Shown: positions 25,019-35,177, counted from the first letter of the stretch. The stretch is 64,000 bases of DNA from Cyanophora paradoxa CCMP329 (GCA_004431415.1 QPMI01000655.1:205157-269156); one strand, 5' to 3'. Made by a program: numbers and translations. The notes: generated by a model not told the origin, from the letters alone.

Positions 25019-28000
25019 TCTTTGACATCTTCACATTGAAGGTCTCATTTTCAAGCTTCTTTTGGACAGTCATTTCGATTTGCTTGGGTTTTTGGTGGAG
25101 CACATGGTCTTTATAATCTTGGAAAGACAGATCTGTTTGAATGGTCTCCTTACAAACACCTGCCAGCTTTTTGATTTCCTCATCATCTGTTTTAATGCTG
25201 TAGCATTTCGGCCTCACACCAGCATATTCAGTAATGGTTCTGCCCTCAAACTCATCTTTGAACTTGCCAAGCTCTGTGGGGTGGGTGTCAATGTCTTGTA
25301 GGTCTTTTGCTATAGTTTTCGAATTTATTTGAAGGCAAAGCGAATCTGTATCAGTAAAAAGCAGTTTACAGTCTGGCCATTTCCGCTTGATGGTGTTATA
25401 ATAATAATCAAATAGGCGCAGCTTGGCAAGATCTAAAACAACTGCCCCAATTGCTATGGGCTTATCTAACTTGACATCTTTTTGTAGCATTTCGAAGGCT
25501 ACTGCTGAATCGCTTAGTCTTGTTTCTGCTTTGAGTAGGGGCGATCTGGCGTATTTCATAAATTGCTTTTCGTTGGTGGCAATCTTGACATTAGACCTTC
25601 CTCTCACTTTCTCAATGGTTTTGCCAAAAAGGCTATTGTTCATGATCTTAAAGAAGTCCTTTTCGGGTTTGGAAGGGGCTGCTTTGCGGTTTTGGGCATT
25701 GGATTCGACGTAAGGCTTCATAAAGGCAGCCTGAGTAAATGTTAGCACCCTGTGGATTTTGGTGACCTTTAAGCCTTGCGCTACCATGAATTGGAGCAAA
25801 GGTTTCGACACCACATAATTACAAATGTCTTCGCAGGCTGCTTGTAGTCCATCCTCTGCTCTCTTGATAACAAGAGGTAGCTCTTTGTGGAGTTGATGGA
25901 GGTGCTGGGGATAATGGATGTCAACTTCTAAGATGGCCCCTCTGCTGATGACAGGTCGTAATTTGAGGGTTCTGGGTGCCATTGGAAATTCGAGAGGGGT
26001 AGCTTTTGGGATAGGGCATATCCATATAGGTTATTGGCATCCAAATATATAATGTGGCTGTCCCTTTCCTTTTTGGCATATTTATGATTCATAATCGAAA
26101 GGCCTCCCCTGATCATGCCTTCAACCATGTTGTACATATCAAGGTTGGAAAGAAGCTCGATTTTAGGCTTGGTAATAGATAGCATGCTGTCCACGAAAGC
26201 CCTGGACTTGAGACATAGAGGGCAGCATCCATCCCAAAAGTTTTGTGTGATTTCTGGCGGAAAAGCTGGAACTTTTCCATTAATCCTTCCACGTTCTGGA
26301 CGCCATAATCAATAAAGTTTTTGATGTCAATGAATTTAAAGCAACCCCAAGTGATCGACATGTAGTTGTCAAACGATTTTGCGAGGACTTCCACCCTTTT
26401 TTCGGGATTTAAGGCGACTGCCTTGAATATCTGCGTTCCAGATAGGGACAGATCATTGGTCACTATGGGAATCTTGGTGAGATTGCTGGTGCGTCTGTGG
26501 AGATTACATTTGCGACATGCTGTGCCTACAAAATCGCCAGTTTGGTGGTCGTGATCCCTCACTTTATAATTGTCTTGGGTGAAATCACCTTGGCAGATGT
26601 AGCAGGTTTTAGCAAGGTAATGGGTACGTTTCTGCTCTTTGGTCAGTGACATTGGGATGTTGGTAAATAGGGCTTTGAATAGCTCTGGGGCTGTGCTGTC
26701 GAGGGTACTCAGGAGCTCAAAGATGTTGGAGTGGGTTTTAGTGAGTACTACTCTATTATTATGAAGAGCTGTCAGTGAGATTGATTTGATCTTGAACATA
26801 CCAGAAATATCTGTTTCATAATCGAAATAGCAATAGGCAATCACGGGGAGGAATACAGTCTTTGAGAGATGTTTAAGACCAAATTCAATGAATGTGGGTT
26901 GTTTTGGGGTCTCTCCAGCACTTGTCTTCCAATCCACACAACGTTTGCTTTGAATGTGGGATTGAAGCTTCTCCTCAGTCTTGAAGTGGTTGGAACAGGT
27001 TTTACAGAAATGGAGTCGCTGCTTATCATTTTTAGCTAAGACTCTGGACATGCTGAATATTGTGGTATAATGACTGTTACCATTTTCGTCTGTAATAAGC
27101 AGCAGATCCACTTGGTGTTTCCTGTTCCTTGAGGAGCTGTTGTGGAGTAGATTAATTTCTTCTGTAGAGTTAGAGGGGTCGTAAATATTAACAGAGATTG
27201 CTGGATTGAGATTTTCAAAGAGATCAATAGTATCAGCATCTGCCTTTACAGGAAACTCAATGCCCTCGAAATTTAGTTCTTTTTTGAACCACCTCCTGTA
27301 TTGGGAAGTCTCATTGCGCTTGTGGCTATTTACTTCGTCCTTGTGAATATAAGAAAGGATAGCATACTCAAAGCATCTATTGTCCTTGTTATTAACATTG
27401 ACAATGGCTCGTTTATTTTTGAGCCACTCTGGGAGTGGGATAAAAGCACCTCCTGAGATGGGTTTAAAGGACAGAACAATCACTCTCAAAGCCTCAATGC
27501 TTTGGAGTTTATAGCTGTCTGTGACATTAATTTGCGACTGGCATTCCTTAGCCAATTTCGCAGTTTCTTTAGTGAGGGTTCGAGATCTTGTCATGATAGC
27601 ATAGGTGCTGTAAATGTGCTTGGTAATAAAGTCTCTCGAATTGTTTGCTTTTGAAAAGCGACAGACAAACGTAAAGCGAGTTTTAATCGACATCTGTGAA
27701 TTGATGGCATCTTGGAGCCTTGTGTGGAGTTCCTCAGAGTAGGTGTCTATAAACTCTTGAGTGGTCAGGATCTGGTGGTGAGCCCTGATGGTAAAATCAA
27801 TGTATTTATTATTAAGAGCACGATGTTCATTTATTAAGGTAGTGTATTCATCTCCTCTGACTTGAGTTGTGGTAGTTTGTTCGACTTGGATTTGGCCAAG
27901 GCGATCAGTCTCATCAAGGGTCTCGATTTTCCCTAATAGCTCTCGATTGAGAGCTTGAAGCCCCTTGAGCTTCTTGTTGGTCTGTTTAATATAAGATTCA

Positions 28001-28101
28001 TATTCACTTTCACTGATGGAGTGATTGGCCAGTAAGAACGCCAGATTCCCGAGAATCTTGTCCTGGAGCTCCTTAATTTGGTAGTGGCTGGGGCGGGGCA
28101 T
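25008..28101 (-). CDS. Protein-primed family B DNA polymerase (pPolB) with N-terminal OTU-like, C2H2 and EndoVII-like Zn domains; two 1-nt indels
   Basis: Motifs IRGG, YLDANNLYG, KIMNNSLFGK, FTDTDS, LGKFKDE, PKCYS; N-terminal FIPLPEWLKNKRAIVNVNNKDNRCFEYAI and CYIC..VRDHDHQTG...ACRKCN. Frames join by adding one G at ~26191 and at ~25938. Confidence 0.9.
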
Positions 28102-28245
28102 GGTTGGGGGGTTGTACTTATATATAGGTACGAAAATAATCTTTAAATGTTTATATTGTGGACAATTCGCAGCGCTAAAAAAACGAATAGAATCAGCATT
28201 TAAAGAATAAAATCTTACCTATAGTGTAGAGGAACAAGAATTAAA

Positions 28246-28437
28246 ATGGCATACCATGCGGCATCTCAAATTGCCTATGTGACTCGTCGCCGTGCTCAAG
28301 ATCCTGCTTTCCGTGAGAGAATGAAGCTTAATAGTCTGAGGAGCAGATACTACAAAGGTGACCCCCTTCCCTGCGTGAGGTACCTCTTTGATGAAAGGAG
28401 GTGCCTTGTTGGCAGACCAAGGACAGTGGTGTATTGA
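28246..28437 (+). CDS. Small basic hypothetical protein (63 aa; DPAFRE helix, GRP AT-hook-like motif)
   Basis: Clean ATG context (ttaaaATG); resembles ORF 34947-35177. Confidence 0.55.
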   Translation: MAYHAASQIAYVTRRRAQDPAFRERMKLNSLRSRYYKGDPLPCVRYLFDERRCLVGRPRTVVY

Positions 28438-28448
28438 GGGGGTTGCGA

Positions 28449-28456
28449 AAAATTGA
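28449..28456 (+). promoter_or_regulatory. AAAATTGA motif (Mimiviridae-type early promoter) upstream of the primase-helicase
   Basis: Exact octamer ~85 nt upstream of ATG 28541, in intergenic DNA. Confidence 0.45.
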
Positions 28457-28540
28457 TTGTTTTATTTAATGATTCTATAAACTACTTAAGGACAAGGGCC
28501 CTTATAGAATCATCAAATTATTTTCTCACCCTACTGTAGA

Positions 28541-31003
28541 ATGACATCCACCATGTTCACCACCACCGAAATTACTTGTGCCCCCACTGAGGCAACTTTC
28601 AAGAAGCAGCTTCAAAACTTTGACAAGTCTGGCATCATCTCCATGAGCTGGGATGAGGCTAATTGTATCATTCAAAAAGGGAAGCACTGGGTCGAGCATT
28701 TAACCCCTGAACAGCTGACCAGGGTTTATTTGGACTTTGACAGGCTTGTCCCTCTCGAGAATGATGCTTCTATCAACCAAAAAGAAGCTGCTCAAGTTGT
28801 ATTGGATTTGCGCAAACGTCTTGCTGCCTTGTCAGGGGTTGACTTGGATAAAATTGCTGTTAGTGTGAGGCATCGAAGGGTAAAGCTTGTTGATTCAGGA
28901 GAGGTTAAATTCAAGCAATCTGCCCATTTTATTTGGGCAGATCTGGTTATGAAGCATGAAGATATCCCAAATCTACTTGATTCTTGGGGGCTGGTTAGAG
29001 GGGATGATTATGATCCTCAGCCATACAGTTCCACACAAAATATTGTCTGTATCTACAATTGTAAGGATACTGGGCTTGACAAAAGGACCAAAAAGCATGA
29101 TGTTGATATTGATGTGGTCTTCAAACCAGCAATGTACTGCCTTCAAGGAGTCCCCTATAAACACTACTTTGTCCAGTTCTATGAAGCTGGGGCGCAGCTA
29201 CTTCAAATTCAGGAGGGGGGCAAGGCTGTTCCATTCAAGGCTCCTATAGTGGCATCAAACCCCACCTTATCTGGCTTTGACATTCTTAGAAAGGCTGTTA
29301 TGGGGTTGGATGGAAAACGCGCTGATGATAGAAAGGCATGGGTCAATGTTGGCTATGCCATCTGTAATGTTAGCAAAGACATGGAAATCCCAAAGAAACA
29401 GGCCAGAGAACTGTGGCATGACTTCAGCTCTAAATGCTTGGACAAGTATGATGAAGATGGGGCTGACAAAGATTTTGAGAGCATCTGGAACAGCAAGAGA
29501 AAGGGGAGCAAAATCACAATGGGTTCACTCAGGACCTGGCTGAAGCAGGATAATCCAGAACTTTACAAGGTCATGTTTTCAGCACCCCAAGTATCAGGAT
29601 TCTTATTCTTGGATGATGAGGAGGGGGAAGAAAATGGAAAGGTCAACTACAAACTGGATCCAATCCCAGCAAGGGATATATATGAGGTACAAAAACGATA
29701 CTTGGATGCCAGGTGTATCCATTGTACTGATAAAAAGTGTGTGTTTATGTGGAATGACAAAGAAAAATCTTGGGTTCCCCATGACATTGAAAAAGTGAAG
29801 AAAGGTACTTTCCCACACATCCAGTATGATGCTGGGGATGGTAAATATAAGAGTACCTTCAAGAAGTGGATAGAGGATGGAGATAGTACCAGATATGAGT
29901 TTGTGGAGTTCCTTCCACCTCCTGCCAAGCTCCCATGTAAAACAGCCAGTGTCTTCAACCTCTATCAGGGAATGGCAATCGATTATGCTCCATGTGGTGA
30001 TATTCCTGATGTGATCACTGATGAGATGATCAGCCCTTTCCTGAAACATTTGAGTTTAATGTGTGGGGAGAATGAGAAAGCTACAGAGTATGCCTTGAAA
30101 TGGTTTGCTCATATGCTCCAGAGGCCTGGGGAAAAGATTGGGGTTGCCTTGGTTTTCATGGGTGTCCAAGGCACAGGAAAAAATACACTGCTGGACATTT
30201 TTGAGAAAAAGGTGTTGGGCAACAAATTGGCCTTCTCCACATGTGATGGAGAGAATGACCTATTTTCCAGATTCTCACACAACAAAGAGCATAAAATTAT
30301 GGTGACATTGAATGAGGCCAAAGCAAAGGATAACTATGAGTACAGCGAAAAGCTTAAGGATTATATAACAAATGATAAGATCACCATTGAACACAAAGGC
30401 ATTGACAGCTACACAAGCCCCAATTGTGTCCACTTCGTTTTCACAACAAATAGTAATATCCCTGTGAAGGTGGAGTCTGGAGATAGGCGATTTGCCTTCT
30501 TTGAAAGCAGCACAAAACACCAAAGAGATGCTGAGTACTTCAAGCCACTTCATGCTTGGCTTGACAATACTGACAACATCCACATGATTGTCAGGTTCCT
30601 GAAACACGTGGACATCAGCAATGTGGATTGGGATAAAGAGAGGCCATTGAGTGCCAAATATTTCCTTGCTCAACAGGCAACACTTTCACCTATTGAATAC
30701 TTTGCCTACTGGCTAACAGCCAATGGAAAGGTCACCAAGGAGAAATGTAAGACACAAAATCTGATCAGTGCTTGGACTTGGTGGGCAGAGTTTCAGGAGA
30801 AGGCCAAATTCAAGTGTGAGATGAATCAAAAGAAGTTCTATATTGAGATGAGGAATACAGCCTTTATTGAGGTGAAAAAGTGCCAAGGCATCAATTACTA
30901 TCATTTCAAATGGGAGGATATGATGTCTGCCTTCAAGAAATGTAAGCTGGAAGATGATGATAGCATCAAAGAGGAAGAGAATATTCTGATTCAAGATGAT
31001 TAA
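28541..31003 (+). CDS. AEP primase-polymerase + PriCT-2 + D5-like SF3 helicase (820 aa)
   Basis: RVYLDFD, SAHFIW, YDPQPY (AEP); WVNVGYAI..LWHDFSSK..KYD..ITMGSLRTWLKQDNPE (PriCT-2); GVQGTGKN, LNEA, FTTN, DRRF (SF3). Confidence 0.92.
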   Translation: MTSTMFTTTEITCAPTEATFKKQLQNFDKSGIISMSWDEANCIIQKGKHWVEHLTPEQLTRVYLDFDRLVPLENDASINQKEAAQVVLDLRKRLAALSGVDLDKIAVSVRHRRVKLVDSGEVKFKQSAHFIWADLVMKHEDIPNLLDSWGLVRGDDYDPQPYSSTQNIVCIYNCKDTGLDKRTKKHDVDIDVVFKPAMYCLQGVPYKHYFVQFYEAGAQLLQIQEGGKAVPFKAPIVASNPTLSGFDILRKAVMGLDGKRADDRKAWVNVGYAICNVSKDMEIPKKQARELWHDFSSKCLDKYDEDGADKDFESIWNSKRKGSKITMGSLRTWLKQDNPELYKVMFSAPQVSGFLFLDDEEGEENGKVNYKLDPIPARDIYEVQKRYLDARCIHCTDKKCVFMWNDKEKSWVPHDIEKVKKGTFPHIQYDAGDGKYKSTFKKWIEDGDSTRYEFVEFLPPPAKLPCKTASVFNLYQGMAIDYAPCGDIPDVITDEMISPFLKHLSLMCGENEKATEYALKWFAHMLQRPGEKIGVALVFMGVQGTGKNTLLDIFEKKVLGNKLAFSTCDGENDLFSRFSHNKEHKIMVTLNEAKAKDNYEYSEKLKDYITNDKITIEHKGIDSYTSPNCVHFVFTTNSNIPVKVESGDRRFAFFESSTKHQRDAEYFKPLHAWLDNTDNIHMIVRFLKHVDISNVDWDKERPLSAKYFLAQQATLSPIEYFAYWLTANGKVTKEKCKTQNLISAWTWWAEFQEKAKFKCEMNQKKFYIEMRNTAFIEVKKCQGINYYHFKWEDMMSAFKKCKLEDDDSIKEEENILIQDD

Positions 31004-31355
31004 GACTGCCCTCCTTCTACTCATTTTTTCCATTTATCTATAAAAGAGATATCTTGAATAGTCAGGGGGATGGAAGGGGGATGGGACTGTCTGGTAAGGA
31101 GTGGTTTGAGGGGATGGGTAGGGGGATGGGAGGGGATGGGAGGGGGATGGGTAGGGGGATGGGAAAAAAGGAAGGAGGTGGCTGATTTGTGACCATAGCC
31201 AGTCAGGGGGATGGGTAGGGGGATGGGAGTCAGTCAGGGGGATGGGACTTTTCTCAGAAAAATAATTTTGTTTTTGTTTTTTGAAATTTTCTAATCGAGT
31301 TCAAGGGGATGGGTTTCCCATCCCCCCATCCCCCTATCCCCCCATCCCCCTCTCT
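31001..31355 (+). repeat. G-rich internal direct repeat, copy 2
   Basis: Begins at the helicase stop codon; same anchors as 23258-23628. Confidence 0.85.
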
Positions 31356-31384
31356 CCATCCCTACCACTTGGAAGAGGAGGAGG

Positions 31385-31760
31385 ATTAGGGGGCTCATGA
31401 TAGGCCTGGGGGGGGTTTGGGGGGGTTTCCAGAAGTTTGGGGGGGGATCTGGGGGGGGATCGTTTTTTACTTTCTGGTTGTTTTATGACCAGAAATGGTA
31501 ATAATGTATACATGTGGGGGGGTTAGGGGGGTTAGGGGGGGATATATAACTCCTATAGCCTCCAAATCTTTTCATTTTTAAGCAACAAGCCAGAAATATA
31601 TAGAGTTGTGAGAGAATACCCCCCTACCCACTCCACAACCCCCTAATCCCCCCCTAAACCCCACCTTCCAGACTGAGAATGGTAACCTAAACAACAAGAC
31701 GTCAGTTGGCAGAAACCCCCCCTAACTTCTCCTTGAGTCCCCTAACCCCCCCAAAATCCA
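31385..31760. repeat. Telomere-like TTAGGGGG.. array facing an inverted CCCCCTAA array
   Basis: ggggggttaggggggttaggggggg at ~31516-31541; ccccctaa variants at ~31640-31750. Confidence 0.6.
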
Positions 31761-31841
31761 CCCCACTTGCTTGTAGGCCACCAGCACTTAAGGACATCTT
31801 CATATAGCATGGTGAAGAGCCCAAGCCCCAAGTGCCCACCA

Positions 31842-31849
31842 AAAATTGA
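31842..31849 (+). promoter_or_regulatory. Second AAAATTGA motif
   Basis: Exact octamer ~54 nt upstream of ATG 31903. Confidence 0.35.
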
Positions 31850-31902
31850 TTCTTGACACCCCCAACCCCCAAACAGTCTTACATAAGCCCACCAGTACCA
31901 CC

Positions 31903-32136
31903 ATGGACTCAGATAGCAGCTATGATGACATCCCCTTGAGGACATGGTTGAACTGTGGGAGGCAGTCAGGCAGCAGTATTATGATGAGTATAGGAAGTCC
32001 CCCAAGACATCAACCCCAGAAAAGTAAAGAATTGCGCAGATTGATGGAGGCATATGAGAACATCATATGTGATAACTATGGCATGGAGGGGTATGCCCTA
32101 CTCCACAAAGCAAATTTTAGCTGGAGAAAGTCATGA
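31903..32136 (+). CDS. Small hypothetical protein (possibly frameshifted)
   Basis: accaccATGG start, upstream AAAATTGA, element-like base composition; no recognisable motif. Confidence 0.3.
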   Translation: MDSDSSYDDIPLRTWLNCGRQSGSSIMMSIGSPPRHQPQKSKELRRLMEAYENIICDNYGMEGYALLHKANFSWRKS

Positions 32137-32293
32137 AAATTGTAAGTACCCCATCTTAAAATCACCGATTCACTCCTTGCCGCTATCACCGTTGGATTCC
32201 TCGTACAAAGTAGATATTTATAGACTCCAACATCATAGCCTTACGATGATCTGGTGACGAGCTACGAATATTTTCAGTTTCGCATATACCAAA

Positions 32294-32447
32294 TGTATAT
32301 ACCATAATGATATATGTATATGATATATTATGATGTCACATGACATATATATATAACATAGCTTTCCGGACTCGCCGCGTCATGGCGATCACGGCGCTAT
32401 AGTTTTTACCAAAACTTGTTTTTTTTTCATATATATCATATACATAT
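32294..32447 (+). repeat. 154-bp AT-rich foldback unit, copy 1
   Basis: Near-identical to 33917-34069; perfect 17-bp internal inverted repeat (32312-32328 / 32431-32447). Confidence 0.9.
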
Positions 32448-32457
32448 GTACGTTCGC

Positions 32458-32604
32458 GCGTACTGAGCCACGGTACGCACAGGGGCCTGCGTACTGCGCT
32501 ACGGTACGCACAGTGGCTTGCGTACTGCGCTACGGTACGCACAGTGGCTTGCGTACTGCGCTACGGTACGCACAGTGGCCTGCGTACCAGCTAAAGTACG
32601 CACA
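32458..32604 (+). repeat. 31-bp tandem repeat, ~5 copies (gcgtactgcgctacggtacgcacagtggctt)
   Basis: Period 31 read directly; each unit carries a tgcgtac...gtacgca dyad. Confidence 0.9.
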
Positions 32605-33916
32605 TTAAATCTTATAAGACCATATAAGATTTTGAAAAAGAACAAGATCCGTGCTCCTGCGGAGCACTAAGTACGGCGAAGCCTCGCGGACGCCCTCGCG
32701 GTTGTCACAGTAGGCCTATAGGGCACTCAGCGACTGGCCAGCGGCCTGGCCGATCGCGAACAGGTTTCTGGCTGGAAGCTGGCTGGCTGACGGCCAGTCC
32801 AGCTACCGCTGGCCGGCTAGAGGAATATAACTAGAGGAATATTAATGTACTGAGGAAATAAAGGGAGGCCGGAGCAGGTTGAGATTAGAGGAGATGAATT
32901 ATATATAATATTGTTGAGAGGGAGGCCCGGGAGGGGCAAGGTTCTCGCGGCCAGGCGCATGCACAGAGCTTGCGAATCGCTTAAACAGAATCTTGAATGC
33001 ATATAGCTATAGCATCGATGTGCGGGGCTGCGGAGCTCGAGGCGAGGGCGCGCGGAAAGATGTGCAGGTCCATGCAGGATCGAATTTTCGGGGTCGGCTG
33101 GGTCCTCGCGGCCCGTCGCATACGCAAAGCGTGCGGAAGACTTTGCCTACATCTTAAATGCTTATGCTATCGTTCCGCGCATGCGCCGCGGCGTGGGCGC
33201 GCGGAAAGATGTCAGGGCGCGTGCAGGATCGAATTTTGGCCGTCGGGTACCTTCCTGCGCTGTTCCGGCTCCGAAAAGCGGATTTCGGGGTGCGCAGGCC
33301 CTGCTATGTCCATGCGCGCCAGTACGCATCGATTGCGCGCGTCGCGGGACCGGGCGGGACCGGCTAGCGCTGGATCAAATTTTCGGCCGACTCTTCGCAC
33401 TGGAGCGTCGACGGCGCTTGAAATCGAGCTTGCGGCGATGCGCTCGCCCTCGCGCGGCATTCTGTATCGTTCTGGGGCGTCCCTGGCGCGATTTCGTCGC
33501 GGGACCGGGCGGGACCGGGTCCCACCTTCTGACTCGGACTGCATTTGTCGGAGGTTAAGTACCGGAATTGATCCAGAGGGAAATTCGATTTTCGCGCGAC
33601 GCCCACGGGCGAGCGGTCGTCTTAGGGGAGCCACGACGCTAAAAATGGATCTAGAGAGGTCTGTGGGGGTTAGGGTAGCTGAGTCATTAGCGGCAATCGC
33701 GTCCGTGTCGAGGCAGAATTAATAATTCGTCCTCGAGGGAGTGCGACGCGGAAATTATTTAGCAGGGGGGATCTTGAGTGGAAAAAAAGGTTAAAAAAGG
33801 AATTTATATCGGCGGTTTTTGGGTTTGAGAAAGAGGCTTCGCCTGATTCTTATAAAGACCATATAAGATATAAGACAACTCTTATAAGACCTTATATGAC
33901 TTAAATTTGAGCGACT

Positions 33917-34069
33917 TGTATATACCATTATGATATATGTATATGATATATCATAATGTCACATGACATATATATATAACATAGCTTTCCGGACTCGCCG
34001 CGTCATGGCGATCACGGCGCTGTAGTTTTTACCAAAACTTGGTTTTTTTCATATATATCATATACATAT
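33917..34069 (+). repeat. 153-bp AT-rich foldback unit, copy 2
   Basis: Direct repeat of 32294-32447; followed by CCTACC/GGTAGG dyad motifs (34079-34212). Confidence 0.9.
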
Positions 34070-34645
34070 ATATGAGCCAGCCTACCGCAGTGGTAGGCGA
34101 GCCCGTGTGTCTACCGCAGACCGGTAGGCACAGTCCGCCGGCGGTAGAACAGTAGGGCCCTGCCTACTCGCCTACCGGTAGAGCCCTCGCGCCTACCGTA
34201 CAGCAGTAGGCGGCTTTTTCCTTATAGAGCTCTATAAGAATGTTTCTAAAACTTTCAATTAGAGCCACTTAAGGAACTTCAAACGCGAATATCTCGGCAC
34301 CAGATTGGCCGTTTTGAGCGCTCTTTTTTTCCTGTGAAGCTCTCATCAAGCTCTACGCAGAGCCGCCCCTTTCGCATTTTTATGCTGCCTAAAAGTAGAT
34401 TATTATGACAACTCCCATCCATACTCGCCTTGTAGAGGTGTCCTTTGAACTCTCATATTTGGCGCTGACGTCTCCAAGCTCAGAACTGAGTAACTCCATA
34501 CATCGCCTCTCTATAGAACTGTACAACCTTGGTCATCGAATAGCCCCCTGTCTCCACATATCAAAGCAGCTTTACAAAAAATATCAAACGATCTCCTCAT
34601 GCTTGGAAATGAGATTAGCCCCTTCCCTGATGGCAGATAATGTGT

Positions 34646-34921
34646 TCAATGTAGACGGTTTCCTTGGTACTCATCCCAAGCGCTGCTTACAGCCTGAGCA
34701 AATTGCTCCCCTGTCACCTCTTCAATGCTCTCCAAGCTTACCCTTTGCCCCTCAGTTGACCCTGTCCTCAGCACCACATCATAGGGAGACCCACTCCTGG
34801 ATCCACTTGGGGAGGAAGATCCAATGCTGACGTCAATAGTAGTATCACAACAGCTACATTTATAATTGCTGGTCACATGTATATGAAACATATCCAGCAA
34901 TTGTTGGAGCCATTGCCACAT
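34646..34921 (-). CDS. Small hypothetical viral protein (91 aa)
   Basis: Co-oriented and tightly packed behind 34947-35177; no recognised domain. Confidence 0.4.
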   Translation of the reverse strand: MWQWLQQLLDMFHIHVTSNYKCSCCDTTIDVSIGSSSPSGSRSGSPYDVVLRTGSTEGQRVSLESIEEVTGEQFAQAVSSAWDEYQGNRLH

Positions 34922-34946
34922 CTTACAAGTAACAGGACAAAATAAC

Positions 34947-35177
34947 TCAGTTGCTGCTCTCAGTGGTTAAAAAGTATTTAGCCGGCCTCCCCATTGGCCT
35001 CACCACTTCTTTTTGTGCCCTTCGGCGATAATATGATGCCAAGGCTTGTTGTTTCTTAACCTCTCTATATGCTGGGTCTTCCCTGTATCTTTTTTGGTTT
35101 GCTAAAGCGCTCTTAATATAACTCTCACTTACAGGACTATCAACGGTGAACTCAACCAGACTGATGGTATCATCCAT
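34947..35177 (-). CDS. Small basic hypothetical protein (76 aa; DPAYRE helix, GRP motif)
   Basis: ttataaATG start context; similar to 28246-28437. Confidence 0.55.
   Translation of the reverse strand: MDDTISLVEFTVDSPVSESYIKSALANQKRYREDPAYREVKKQQALASYYRRRAQKEVVRPMGRPAKYFLTTESSN

Noticed and set aside
32458-32604. 31-bp repeats as a CRISPR array
   Set aside because: Head-to-tail units with no unique spacers, no cas genes, eukaryotic context.
32997-33722. 241-aa ORF in the GC-rich island
   Set aside because: No domain motif, composition unlike the viral genes, overlaps DNA repeats; probably spurious.
34405-34830. 141-aa plus-strand ORF
   Set aside because: Antisense to the packed minus-strand gene run and has no recognisable motif.
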